DNA of 64,000 nt from Candidatus Bathyarchaeota archaeon. GTDB taxonomy: Archaea; Thermoproteota; Bathyarchaeia; Bathyarchaeales; Bathycorpusculaceae. Below are positions 9,356-19,440 of this stretch, one piece after another. A program made the position numbers and the translations under genes. The notes below the pieces were generated by a model, which was not told where the DNA came from, searched no databases, and was given only the letters and a program-made list of their open reading frames with translations. The stretch's first letter is position 1. The number at the start of each line of letters is the position of its first letter. The DNA lies in assembly GCA_963782525.1 (NCBI GenBank), contig CAWAKC010000004.1, forward strand, positions 64,001 to 128,000. The letters run 5' to 3'.

Positions 9356-10554
9356 TCGGTCAGCTCCTCGATGGCTTGCTTCACTTTGTCGTCCTGTTTG
9401 CGGGTTAAGGGCTCAATTAAGTCTAGGGCGGCTTTAGCGATTTTTTCCGCTTCTTCTTTGCCGTAACGGGCAGAAAAAATTTCCACAAAATATTCAAAAC
9501 CCTTGGTTTTTAGGTCTTTAAAGTTGCCCTCGAATATGGACCGCACGATTTCGTCAGCAACCGCCGTTTCCTTTAGCAGAACGATTGGGTGAACAAGCAG
9601 GGCTTTTGGGGCAGCGCCTCGGATTTTTCCCACGTCGATTTCTGTTCGGCTTGCCTCAGGGGGTAGCGTTCCTTTGAGAACTGGAATTATCACTGCGCCT
9701 TCCGTTTCTGAGTCTCGAACCATTTGGGTCGCTAACTCAGTGATTTTGGCTGAAGACATGCCCGAGAAATCTTGTTCAGCAATGACGAATCTGCGGGGAG
9801 AAGCCAGCTCGATTAGTTCAGGTTGAACCTGGCCTTTCTCATCAACCTTTACATGGTAAAATCCTTTAGGGTACTTGGCTTCACTGTAGCTGACTGTTTC
9901 TGTGCAGCCGCTGTAAACCAAAAATCCATCCTTAAACTTGCCCAGATACCTTTCATGAACGTGACCAGCCGCGTAATAACAAAACCCGCTTGGCAACTCG
10001 TCAGGCAGGATTTCTGCTTCAAAAGGTCCCTTGAGGCTTGGAATATCTATGGCACCGTGAAAAACAAAGATGTTGGCTACGCCAGCTTTAGGAGTTGGTG
10101 GATTTTCCTCCATGAATTTTGGCAATGCTTCCTGCGTTTTGTGGCGGTTATGGTAGGTTGGGATGCCGTAGACGTAGCAGCGATCCGGTTTGCTCCAGCA
10201 TGCACCCTGATGCCTGGGCAAATGAGTGATTAAACCTGCGCTGTCAAGGGGATAGAGGATTGTGCTCGTTATGGTGTTTGGGGCAGAATCATGTGACCCG
10301 TCAACCGTTAAAACTGGGATGTCTGCATCTTTTAGCCGCTTAAAACTGCGTATAGTGTTTTCGAGGGTGTGGTTAGATGGTCTGGCTTGGTGAAAGAGGT
10401 CGCCGGCGATAATCATGAAGTCGGGTTTGAGCTCGATTGTTTTATCCACGACTTCCTTGAATGCGTCGTCAAAGTCTTGCCTTCGCGCTTCTAACCCGTA
10501 TTGAGAATACCCCAAATGCAGGTCTGCTGCATGGACAAAGCTGAACGGCTTCAA
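9352..10554 (-). CDS. mre11: Mre11 DNA repair nuclease
   Basis: ADLHLG, AGDLFH, GSHD and GHVH phosphoesterase motifs, YSG; in an operon with rad50. Confidence 0.92.
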   Translation of the reverse strand: MKPFSFVHAADLHLGYSQYGLEARRQDFDDAFKEVVDKTIELKPDFMIIAGDLFHQARPSNHTLENTIRSFKRLKDADIPVLTVDGSHDSAPNTITSTILYPLDSAGLITHLPRHQGACWSKPDRCYVYGIPTYHNRHKTQEALPKFMEENPPTPKAGVANIFVFHGAIDIPSLKGPFEAEILPDELPSGFCYYAAGHVHERYLGKFKDGFLVYSGCTETVSYSEAKYPKGFYHVKVDEKGQVQPELIELASPRRFVIAEQDFSGMSSAKITELATQMVRDSETEGAVIIPVLKGTLPPEASRTEIDVGKIRGAAPKALLVHPIVLLKETAVADEIVRSIFEGNFKDLKTKGFEYFVEIFSARYGKEEAEKIAKAALDLIEPLTRKQDDKVKQAIEELTE

Positions 10555-10855
10555 ACTGGCATACTCCCTTTGCTCCCCTTTATGCTGTGTTAGTTGGTTT
10601 GCTGGTTTTAAAGCGTTTTTGCATGTTTTCTGTTAAGGTTTTTCCTTGTGTTTTCAAGAACCATTGCTTTTCAGCATGCATTTGGTTGGAAAATCGCCAA
10701 TCACGACCTACCCTCTTTAGGGATTCTAAACTAAGGTAACCTACCTTTAGGCTTCTGCATAGAGTTTCTATTAGGCTCCAGAAGGTTGGTACCGCAGTCT
10801 ACTCTCTACCGTTTCAACATAGAACCACTATTAGGATCCAAATAGGCTCAGCTAA

Positions 10856-11825
10856 TTAGACCCCGAAAAAATAAATTCTTAAAGCCAAAAACGGAACAAC
10901 TACAACCAAACCAAACAGTGCAGCTGTAACTTTCATCATTCTCAAAGCCTTTGGGATATGTTCATGCGAAATTCCATAGTCATCGCCTAATGTGTAGTGG
11001 CCTTGTTTTTCAAGCTGAATGTTCAAGGCTCCTGCCATAGCTGAGATTGTGTAGCCTGCGTTGGGGCTTGCGGTTTTGTGTTTGTCACGTTGCAGGATCC
11101 GGTAGGATTCACGCCAATCCTCACGCACAATGAATGCGGCCGCAACCATCAAGTAGGCTGTTACGCGCGGGAATATAGTTGGTTATTGTATCCATTTTGG
11201 CGGAGAACCAACCGATGTTTTTGAATTCCAAGTTCTTGTAGCCAACCATCGAATCTAAAGTGTTAATTACTCGATAGGCAAAAGCTCCTGGAACTCCGAA
11301 AAGCGCGTAGAAGAAGAAGGGTGCTGTTATGCCGTCTGTGGTGCTTTCGGCAATGGATTCGACGGCTGCAGAAATAATCTGGCGTTCATTTAGGCTGTTT
11401 GGGTCACGCCTAACAATATAGGGCAACCATTTTCGTGCGCCAGCTAAATCTTTCTGTTTGAGGGTTTTTGCTATGGGAAGGGTATATTGTCCCATGCCTC
11501 TGATAGCGAAGGTTGCTTTGAACAGGATTGCGCCGACGATTACGTAGAATATTTCGCCGTAGGGCAAGGTTCTTAACCAGAAAAGTAACGCTAAAACTGG
11601 GAGCGCGACAACCATCATGATTGCTAATGCCATTAAAACGCCGTTTGCTTTCTCAATCCGTGGATTTGAGCTCTTTGCTCTACGTTTAAGGTATGAAATC
11701 ATTTTTCCTATGCCAATGGTTGGGTGAATCCTATTAGGGTACTCCCCAAAAACCAAGTCGATTAAGAAAGCTAAAGCAAAAATCAAAATTGAATCCAAAA
11801 GCAACGAGAGGTTAAGCGCAAGCAT
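10856..11825 (-). pseudogene. cbiB: Adenosylcobinamide-phosphate synthase CbiB, frameshifted near 11163 (pseudogene or sequencing error)
   Basis: ORF 11121-11825 (HP, AAVESIAE, YRVINTLDSMVGY, NYIPAR) continues in another frame as TAYLMVAAA...SPNAG...AMAGALNIQLEKQGHY (10856-11152). Confidence 0.85.
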
Positions 11826-11834
11826 AGCGATGAA

Positions 11835-12998
11835 TCAAACTGCCTTTAATGTTTGCTTGAATGCTTCAATCAACCGCTCATTCTCCACATGAGTCTTGAT
11901 AGCAACCCGAATGTAAAACTGGTCAAGTCCCTTAAATGATGTGCAATCTCGAATTAGAATACCCTGCTTGAGCATTCTGTTCTTTATTTCTGCTGCGGTT
12001 AGGCCTGACTTTCGAATTTCGATGAAGAAGAAGTTTGCATCTGGAGTAGAAAATTTGAATGAACCAAATTTTTCCATCTCACTTTGTAGCCACGCTTTCT
12101 CTTTTTCGATAAGCTCACATGTCACTTTGAGGTGTTCTTCATCTTTTAGTGCAGAAACGGCAGCCGCTTGAGCTAAACAGTTAACATTCCATGGAATCTT
12201 GGCACACGAGAGTATGTTTATAATACCTTCGTTGGCAATACCGTAACCAACTCGCAAACCCGTTAACCCATAAATCTTTGTGAAGGATCGCAGAATGAAC
12301 AGGTTGGGAAACTGCTTGATTCTGCCTATCATTGTCAGATTCTTTTTGTCTTCAACAAACTCTAAAAAATCCTCATCGAGGAAAACAAGAGTGCTTTGTT
12401 TTAGGGCTGTTTCAATGATGTCTGTAAGTGTTTCTTTGGGGATGAGTTTACTAGTTGGGTTGTTTGGATTGCAGAGAAAAACCAGCTTTGCATCAGCCAT
12501 CTCATGTTTAAAGGCTTCTGAGTCAATGTTGAAGGCTTTGTTTAGTTTGGCGAATTTGGGTATTATCCCAGTTTTGCGGACTGCGCTTTCGTATTCGCCA
12601 AAAGTTGGCGCTGGCATAACTACTTTGTCACCTTCTTTTAGGAAAACCTCAGCGAACAAATACATCAGTTCAGTGGAGCCATTCCCGACAACTATGTGGC
12701 CTTTGTTGATTCCATAGTGGTTAGCTATGACTTGTCGCAGCTCGTTGGAGTTTGAGTCGGGGTAAGCTGCAATTTGGCTGAAGGCTGCCTTTGCGGCGCC
12801 CAAAGCTTTTTTGGACGGACCCAGCGGGTTTACGCTGGAACTGAAATCTAAAATATTCTGCGGCAAAAGCCCACTTTCTTCTGCAGCACCTAAAACCTCT
12901 GCACCGTGAACGCAGGGCTTTAGATTTTTAACGCTATCCTTGATTAGGCTTTCAATGGGCTTCAATGTTTTTTCCTTCAGCTGCGCCGTAAATTCCAT
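11835..12998 (-). CDS. cobD: PLP-dependent threonine-phosphate decarboxylase CobD / HisC family
   Basis: HG...DFSSSVNPLGP, GNGSTE, CNPNNPT, RSFTKIYGLTGLRVGY; adjacent to cbiB. Confidence 0.8.
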   Translation of the reverse strand: MEFTAQLKEKTLKPIESLIKDSVKNLKPCVHGAEVLGAAEESGLLPQNILDFSSSVNPLGPSKKALGAAKAAFSQIAAYPDSNSNELRQVIANHYGINKGHIVVGNGSTELMYLFAEVFLKEGDKVVMPAPTFGEYESAVRKTGIIPKFAKLNKAFNIDSEAFKHEMADAKLVFLCNPNNPTSKLIPKETLTDIIETALKQSTLVFLDEDFLEFVEDKKNLTMIGRIKQFPNLFILRSFTKIYGLTGLRVGYGIANEGIINILSCAKIPWNVNCLAQAAAVSALKDEEHLKVTCELIEKEKAWLQSEMEKFGSFKFSTPDANFFFIEIRKSGLTAAEIKNRMLKQGILIRDCTSFKGLDQFYIRVAIKTHVENERLIEAFKQTLKAV

Positions 12999-13116
12999 GG
13001 TTTCTTGTTAACGTAAATGATATAAATGTTTGGTTGGATGTTCCAGCCTGAGAACTTGTCAGCAAAAGGGTTTTGAACAAGCGAAACAATGATAATGTAA
13101 ACGTTTTGAGCAGTAG

Positions 13117-13305
13117 ATGCATATGAGCGAAAAACTAGATAAACACAAAATCCAAGAGTTAAGACAAATGGTTAAAGACAAAGCCCCAAACCAATCCGTA
13201 GAGGAACTTCTCACAATATTTTGCTCGCGCCACGGGCTTTCTCCTGGAACATGCAAGTATTACTACAACATTTTGGTCGAAAGCGGCGATATTAAAGAAA
13301 AATAG
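13117..13305 (+). CDS. Small hypothetical protein
   Basis: Intergenic 62-aa ORF with protein-like composition, co-oriented upstream of dph5. Confidence 0.6.
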   Translation: MHMSEKLDKHKIQELRQMVKDKAPNQSVEELLTIFCSRHGLSPGTCKYYYNILVESGDIKEK

Positions 13306-13346
13306 CTTTAAATTTTAAGCACTTACTTACTCCATTAGGGCTCACT

Positions 13347-14144
13347 TTGAATGAACTTGTCTTCATAGGTTTAGGATTAAACGACGAAAGAGGCATAACC
13401 GTCAAGGGTTTAGAGGAAACCAAATCGGCAGACACAGTTTTTATGGAAAACTACACGAGCCGCATGCCTGACTTTAGCCTGCAACGGTTTGAAGCGTTAT
13501 GCGGCAAAAAAGTCCAAGTGGTTACAAGGCAGACACTTGAAGACGAAAATGGAACCCTGATTTTGCAAGCCGCCAAAGTAGGCAAAGCAGTGTTTTTGGT
13601 TCCTGGAGACCCCTTCATTGCAACAACCCACGTTACCCTGCGGATTGACGCAGAAAAACTGGGAATAAAAACCCGAATAGTACATGGCACATCCATCATG
13701 TCCGCAATCATAAGCCTCTCTGGATTACACAATTATAAGTTTGGAAAAACCGTCACAGTGCCCTTCCCAGAAAATTTTTCAGAAACCCCCTACAACGTTA
13801 TCGCCCAAAATAAAAAAATTGGCTTACACACTCTCTGCCTTTTAGATTTGAAAGCCAATGAAAACCAGTACTTAACCATTAACCAAGCCATAACCCTTCT
13901 AGAGGAGGTTGAGCAAAAAAAGAAAGGGGGTGTAATAATCCCTGATGCGGTTGCGGTTGGAATCGCAAGAGCTGGCAGCGACAACCCCGCCCTAAAAGCT
14001 GACTTCATAAAGGACTTAGCGAATTTTGATTTTGGAGGGCCACCCTACAGCCTCATTATCCCTGGTGAGTTGCATTTTATGGAGGTTGATTCATTAATTG
14101 CTTTTGCGGGTGCACCAGCGGAGTTTAGGCGGTTTGTAAAATGA
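13347..14144 (+). CDS. dph5: Diphthine synthase
   Basis: FIGLGL, ENYTS, GDPFIATTH, YKFGKT, GLHTLCLLD. Confidence 0.95.
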   Translation: MNELVFIGLGLNDERGITVKGLEETKSADTVFMENYTSRMPDFSLQRFEALCGKKVQVVTRQTLEDENGTLILQAAKVGKAVFLVPGDPFIATTHVTLRIDAEKLGIKTRIVHGTSIMSAIISLSGLHNYKFGKTVTVPFPENFSETPYNVIAQNKKIGLHTLCLLDLKANENQYLTINQAITLLEEVEQKKKGGVIIPDAVAVGIARAGSDNPALKADFIKDLANFDFGGPPYSLIIPGELHFMEVDSLIAFAGAPAEFRRFVK

Positions 14145-14425
14145 GTTTAGAGGCGCTTACTACTAAATATATTTCTATGGCTGAAAAAGTATTCAGCGAA
14201 CTCGCTAAAAACAAAACTCCCATCGGGCTATCCGAGGAAATGGTAACTTCTGTTTTGAGTTATGCGATGGATTATTTGGAGGATGCAAAGTATTATAAGG
14301 CTCAGGGCAACCTTGAAACCAGCTTAACTTCGGTAGCTTACTGTGAAGGGCTACTTGACGCATTAAGATTAATCGGCGCAGTGAACTTCGAATGGCCAAC
14401 AAACCAAAAAGAAAAGTTGTCTTAG
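14141..14425 (+). CDS. DUF357 family protein
   Basis: YLEDAKYY...SVAYCEGLLDALR; this family commonly neighbours dph5. Confidence 0.85.
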   Translation: MSLEALTTKYISMAEKVFSELAKNKTPIGLSEEMVTSVLSYAMDYLEDAKYYKAQGNLETSLTSVAYCEGLLDALRLIGAVNFEWPTNQKEKLS

Positions 14426-14850
14426 CCTCAGGCGTCTTTGACCTGCTGCATTTGGGTCACGTGCGGTTTCTAGAAGAAGCCAAAAAGGGAGGGGGAGAAA
14501 ACGCTAAACTCATAGTTATCATTGCACGTGACAGCACCGTGGAAAAGATGAAGGGCAAAAAACCCATAATGTCTGAGGATCAGCGGTGTTCGCTCGTGGA
14601 GTCTTTAAAGGTTGTTGACCAAGCAGTTCTGGGTTACGAGAACTTTGATATCGGTGAGGTCATTGGCATAGTCAAGCCAGATATAATCGCTTTAGGCTAC
14701 GACCAGACCGATATGGAAACTGCAGTCCAATCATACATTGCAAAGCATAAACTGCCCGTGAAAATCGTGAAAATCGCCAAGTTTGCGGAGAATGCTTTAG
14801 ATAGTTCATCCAAGATTAAACAGAAAATAATCGACAAACTTTCCAAATGA
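14392..14850 (+). CDS. ribL: Archaeal FAD synthase (cytidylyltransferase family)
   Basis: GVFDLLHLGH, IIARD, KPDIIALGYDQ, SSSKIK; near the riboflavin kinase gene. Confidence 0.85.
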   Translation: MANKPKRKVVLASGVFDLLHLGHVRFLEEAKKGGGENAKLIVIIARDSTVEKMKGKKPIMSEDQRCSLVESLKVVDQAVLGYENFDIGEVIGIVKPDIIALGYDQTDMETAVQSYIAKHKLPVKIVKIAKFAENALDSSSKIKQKIIDKLSK

Positions 14851-14864
14851 TTGGTTGCACGCTT

Positions 14865-15478
14865 ATGGGATGCGAGAAGTACAAGCCAACATACATTCTA
14901 ATCGCGTTAAACGTAGCCATATACATTGTAGGCGCAATAATCGGCGGAGACGCTATTCAAACAAGCAGCACCATCTACTCGCAGTGGGGGCAAGTTAACG
15001 GTTTAGTTTTGTATGGAGGTGCATACTACCAACTGCTCACATCAATGTTTATCCACGCCTCTATATTCCATCTAGTCGGAAACATGCTTTTCCTTCTCAT
15101 CTTTGGGTTGCGGGGAGAAGAAATGTTCTCATTGCCCGAATATCTGGGCATCTATCTTCTCGGCGGCTTAGCAGGCAACCTCTTGTACCTCGGGTTTGGA
15201 CCACTTGATGTAGCCGGTATTGGAGCTTCAGGCGCAATCTTCTCACTTTTCGGTGCATGCGTAATTTACGATCGGCGCTCGGTGAGGCAATCCATTCTGG
15301 GGGCCTAGTTTTTGCCTTCTTTTTGTTCTTCATTAACGTAGAACCAGGAGTAAACATTTTAGCGCATTTAGGCGGTTTAATCTTCGGTTTAGTAGCTGGT
15401 TACTTGATAGCTTCAAGACGTAAGCCTAAGTATGAAAAAAAGCAGTTCAGGTACAGGCAGTCTAACTTGCCTTTTTAG
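14865..15478 (+). pseudogene. Rhomboid intramembrane serine protease, frameshifted at about 15299-15305 (possible sequencing error)
   Basis: TSMFIH...HLVGNM and GASG lie in the first frame; the catalytic AHLGG lies in the second. One extra base would give ILGALVFAFF. Confidence 0.8.
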
Positions 15479-16170
15479 CTACTTTGAGTGTAAACTTCAA
15501 CTTTGACTTTGTTACCATCTTTTAGGCACAAAGCCTTTCGCAGGCAAACGGGCGCAATTATCTCCAGCACGGAAGCGTCATAGTGGCTACGCAGGGCTGT
15601 GACTAATGCTCCTTTCACTTCATTGCCAATCACCGCGGGGTAACATTTCACCAGCCCGAAGGTTCGGTCCTGGTTTTGGAAGCCTTTCACTTCAATTGCC
15701 GGGTATCCATCCAGCTCCATGCGGGTTTTGATGTCATAATCTGATGATAATTTAAGGTTAAGCGTGCCTGGGTAGGGTTCAAAACCTAATTTTTCAATGA
15801 TTTGATTTCGGTAGGATTCTTTTCCAATATAGTATGCGCCTTCACCTAACCCTGTAAAAACAGTCCCTTCCAAAGTTACAGAAGGCGGGTAAGATTTTTC
15901 CATCAAAACCTTAAGACCCAAATACAGCTTCTGCAGCTCCCTGATTCCCTGCTCTTCAATTTTGATTAAGCTACCCTCAGGAGATATGTTGCGTACTATC
16001 CAACCTTTACGCTCGAGGTCTATTAGGTAGCGCGATGCGGTTTGTTGGGAAATCCCAAGTTTCTTAGCCAAGTATTCCGTCGAGATTTTAGCCGTTCGCT
16101 TGTAAGCGCCCATTTCAGCGAGTTTTAAGAGCATGTATAGATGCTGCCACTGCTGCTTTTCAGTCAACAC
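15475..16170 (-). CDS. ribK: CTP-dependent riboflavin kinase with N-terminal wHTH (RbkR type)
   Basis: SQQTASR HTH; GLGEGAYY, PYPGTLN and LEIIAPVCLR kinase motifs. Confidence 0.92.
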   Translation of the reverse strand: MLTEKQQWQHLYMLLKLAEMGAYKRTAKISTEYLAKKLGISQQTASRYLIDLERKGWIVRNISPEGSLIKIEEQGIRELQKLYLGLKVLMEKSYPPSVTLEGTVFTGLGEGAYYIGKESYRNQIIEKLGFEPYPGTLNLKLSSDYDIKTRMELDGYPAIEVKGFQNQDRTFGLVKCYPAVIGNEVKGALVTALRSHYDASVLEIIAPVCLRKALCLKDGNKVKVEVYTQSS

Positions 16171-16314
16171 ATGGTTCTCCAGTCACAAAGAAAAGGGCGG
16201 TTGGATATTTAAGTGGCTCGAAAACAATTTATGAAAGCAAACCTGCTCACCTTTGTGGAAAGAATCTATAAACCACAAAAAGTCAATAAATTTTAATGTA
16301 ACCCAGATAGTTGA

Positions 16315-16968
16315 ATGACTATGAGTAAGGACTTGTTTTTTGCTGTTTTTTTGATTGCTTTAGTGATCACTGGGTTGGTTGTAGCTGGCTCGTTTCCACG
16401 GGGATTCGGGCAGGCTTCTTCAAATGTTGGTGGGTTAATCAGTCAAGATACAACATGGACACCGTCTGGGAGCCCATATTCACTTGCCAACGACACACTC
16501 GTAAATCAAGGCGTAACTTTAACCATTCAACCGGGAGTCACTGTGAACTTAGGAAGCCACAGCATTGAAGTTAACGGCACCCTAACCGCCCAAGGCACCA
16601 GCAATAGCCCCATAAAATTCAATTCAGGCGCCATCAGCTTCACATCCTACTGCAATGGATACAATAAACAGATGGGCTTGGGCTGTTCAATAGAGAATGG
16701 CATTCTCAATGCAACCACAATTCTTTGCGATAATACAACGAAAATAAATCAATGCATTATAACTGCATCTGTGAAGGGCGAATTCGGCATTTATTCGTTA
16801 ACTGGGAATGCAGACGCCACCAACAATTGGTGGGGAACAAACGACACCCAAGCTATCAACCAAACCATCTGCGACAGCAAAAACGACATTATCCTTGTAA
16901 TTATAATTGCGCTTGGAATTTTGGCATTTCTACTGGTAAGGCGGAAACGGCAACATGAACGTTTTTGA
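16315..16968 (+). CDS. Short surface protein: signal peptide, beta-helix cap motifs and C-terminal TM anchor; possibly internally deleted
   Basis: DTTWTPSGSPY, TLTIQPGVTV, DATNNWWG, C-terminal hydrophobic helix followed by RRKR. Confidence 0.6.
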   Translation: MTMSKDLFFAVFLIALVITGLVVAGSFPRGFGQASSNVGGLISQDTTWTPSGSPYSLANDTLVNQGVTLTIQPGVTVNLGSHSIEVNGTLTAQGTSNSPIKFNSGAISFTSYCNGYNKQMGLGCSIENGILNATTILCDNTTKINQCIITASVKGEFGIYSLTGNADATNNWWGTNDTQAINQTICDSKNDIILVIIIALGILAFLLVRRKRQHERF

Positions 16969-17680
16969 TGAAATGGGAGTTTACTGGGCTGAGATGGCGG
17001 ATCAAAACCAAACGGAAAAGCAAGTACAATTCCTTAAAAGTCTCCTTAAGCCAGAAGGATACGTTTTGGATCTTGCCTGCGGAACTGGAAGGCACATGAT
17101 TCCCCTTAGCCATCTGGGATTTGGCATTGCGGGATTGGATATTTCCGCGAACCTTCTCAAAATCGCTAAACAACGCTCCAAAGAGATCACGGTTGTCAAG
17201 GGCGACATGCGATTTTTACCTTATAAAGCAGAAGCGTTTGAAGCTGCAATTAGCATGGACACAAGTTTTGGGTACTTGCCCACCGAACAAGACGATATGG
17301 TTGCTTTGGCAGAAACGCAAAGAGTACTAACACATAAGGGCATCTTTGTTATCGACGTTTTCAACCGCCAAGAATTAACCCACAAATACAAAGACAAAAA
17401 CCAACCCTTCAAACAGAAAGAATACCCAACCTTTTTTCTCCAACAAAAAAGAACCGTTAGCCCCGAAGGCAATTGGCTGTGCGACTTATGGATTATTCAA
17501 GACAGAGCGACCGGACGAGAATCAGTTTTTGAACATGCCGTCCGACTGTACGAACACAGCAAACTTGAAGCTATGCTGGATAAAGCTGGTTTTGCAGTTA
17601 AGAAAGTTTATGGGGGGTATGAGGGCGAAAACTTTAGCTCTGGATCACCACATCTCATTTTAATCGGTCAAAAAGTATGA
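16955..17680 (+). CDS. Class I SAM-dependent methyltransferase
   Basis: VLDLACGTGRH, GLDIS, GDMR, TSFGY. Confidence 0.9.
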   Translation: MNVFDEMGVYWAEMADQNQTEKQVQFLKSLLKPEGYVLDLACGTGRHMIPLSHLGFGIAGLDISANLLKIAKQRSKEITVVKGDMRFLPYKAEAFEAAISMDTSFGYLPTEQDDMVALAETQRVLTHKGIFVIDVFNRQELTHKYKDKNQPFKQKEYPTFFLQQKRTVSPEGNWLCDLWIIQDRATGRESVFEHAVRLYEHSKLEAMLDKAGFAVKKVYGGYEGENFSSGSPHLILIGQKV

Positions 17681-17775
17681 TTTTCTGCTGTAGGCTTTAA
17701 AGGATGGATGATTTGTGTTAGCGCATAAAAGTTATAAGCTTGCTTGAACCGTCATTGAAGAACAGTGAACGATAG

Positions 17776-18768
17776 ATGAATACTTGGAAACTTCGCTTTT
17801 CAATGGTTGCTACTTTAGCCGCCATTTTTGGTTTAACGACCCTTGTTTTCTCAGCTGTGCTCCTATGGGTTGGATACTTTGATTTAATCACAGTTGGAGC
17901 CTTAGTCGTAGTTCTTAACGTGGCACAGTGGCTCCTCTCACCCTACCTTGTCGGGTGGATTTACAAAGTAAAAGAGATGCCTCAAAACGAAAACCCGCAA
18001 GTTCATCAAATGGTTTCGGATTTAAGCCAGAAAAGCGGAATATCCACGCCAAAACTTATGCTCTCCCAAATCCCACTTCCAAACGCCTTCGCATATGGCT
18101 CACCTTTAACAGGCAGCCGAGTCGCTGTAACCCAAGGGCTTCTTCAGAACCTTGACAGCGGCGAAGTCGAAGCCGTTATAGGTCACGAACTCGGCCATCT
18201 AAAACACCGCGACGTACAAGTCATGATGGTGGTTTCTTTTCTGCCAGCATTGTTCTATTACATCGGTTATTCCCTGATGCTTTCAGGCATGTTCGGCGGC
18301 AATACAGACCGCAAAAATGGAGGCGGCGGAAACAACGCATTATTCGGCTTGGCTTTCATGGCTTTCTCCTGGATCCTTACCCTATTCACACTTTACCTGA
18401 GTCGCCTACGCGAATACTACGCAGACAGGCATAGCGCTTCAATCGTTGAAAATGGCGCTCAAAAACTATCCACGGGCTTAGTAACTATTGTTCAGGAAAG
18501 CAAACGGGTAGGCAAACCAAACAAAGACCAACAGAAAAGCAACAGCTCCTATAAAGCCCTCTTTATCGCCGACCCCGAACGTGCAACCGCAGACTTCGCA
18601 GAACTAAACGCAAACCACCTAACAAACAAAGAAGACCTACTGCGGGAAACCCTTGCAAAACAACCAACATCTATCGACAAATTCGCTGAAATCTTCTCAA
18701 CTCACCCAAACATAATTAAACGGTTGCGGGCGCTGCAGGAAATCAGCCAAAACCCGCCAAACTACTAA
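17776..18768 (+). CDS. htpX: HtpX zinc metalloprotease (M48)
   Basis: PNAFAYG, HELGH, SRLREYYAD, STHP. Confidence 0.93.
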   Translation: MNTWKLRFSMVATLAAIFGLTTLVFSAVLLWVGYFDLITVGALVVVLNVAQWLLSPYLVGWIYKVKEMPQNENPQVHQMVSDLSQKSGISTPKLMLSQIPLPNAFAYGSPLTGSRVAVTQGLLQNLDSGEVEAVIGHELGHLKHRDVQVMMVVSFLPALFYYIGYSLMLSGMFGGNTDRKNGGGGNNALFGLAFMAFSWILTLFTLYLSRLREYYADRHSASIVENGAQKLSTGLVTIVQESKRVGKPNKDQQKSNSSYKALFIADPERATADFAELNANHLTNKEDLLRETLAKQPTSIDKFAEIFSTHPNIIKRLRALQEISQNPPNY

Positions 18769-18769
18769 A

Positions 18770-19393
18770 CTAAAAAAGCATTGTTTCGCTTTTGTTGTTT
18801 AGGAAGGGATTGGTTCTTTTTTCTTCTCCAAGCATAGAAGTTTCCCCGTGTCCAGGATACAACAGTAAGTAATCGGGTAGATGGGTCAGTTTCTCTAAAG
18901 AAGCCGCCATGTCGCTCATTGAGCCACCTGGAAAATCGGTTCTGCCGATGCCCCCTGCAAACAGTGTGTCTCCCGTGAAAATGAGGTGTTCGCCCACAAG
19001 GCATATGCTGCCAGGAGTGTGTCCGGGTGTATGAATGACTTTGAGGGTTTCGTCGCCGCATTGGAGAAAAGTGCCTTCATTTATCATAACGTTGGCTGGG
19101 ATCTTGCTTTTTTCTTCTCCTTCGATGAAATGGGCGTCTAAGGGATGAATACAGATTGGGACGTTGTATTTTTCTTGGAAAACCGCGTTGCCCTTCACGT
19201 GGTCTGAATGGCCATGTGTGTCAACGATGAATTTGACTTTCAACTGGGCTTCCTCTATGTACTCAAAGATTGGTTGAGCTTCGGAAGGAAAGTCAAGCCC
19301 TGGGTCAATTACGATGGCTTCTTTTGTATCTGGGCAACTTGCCACGTAACAGTTCGCTGACAACATGCCTACAGTAAAAGTCTCAACAAGCAT
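18770..19393 (-). CDS. MBL-fold metallohydrolase (glyoxalase II-like)
   Basis: THGHSDH, TPGHTPGS, GDTLF, PGHG. Confidence 0.92.
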   Translation of the reverse strand: MLVETFTVGMLSANCYVASCPDTKEAIVIDPGLDFPSEAQPIFEYIEEAQLKVKFIVDTHGHSDHVKGNAVFQEKYNVPICIHPLDAHFIEGEEKSKIPANVMINEGTFLQCGDETLKVIHTPGHTPGSICLVGEHLIFTGDTLFAGGIGRTDFPGGSMSDMAASLEKLTHLPDYLLLYPGHGETSMLGEEKRTNPFLNNKSETMLF

Positions 19394-19440
19394 TCAAATC
19401 CCAAATAAATACAGTTTGAGGATAGAATAAAATATTTGCC

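Noticed and set aside
10700-10850. Mini-CRISPR or replication origin
   Set aside because: Only two imperfect 23-nt copies; no ORB-like consensus and no cdc6/orc1 or cas gene nearby.
11140-15315. Programmed ribosomal frameshifting at the cbiB and rhomboid breaks
   Set aside because: No canonical slippery heptamer or stimulatory structure; sequencing error or recent mutation is simpler.
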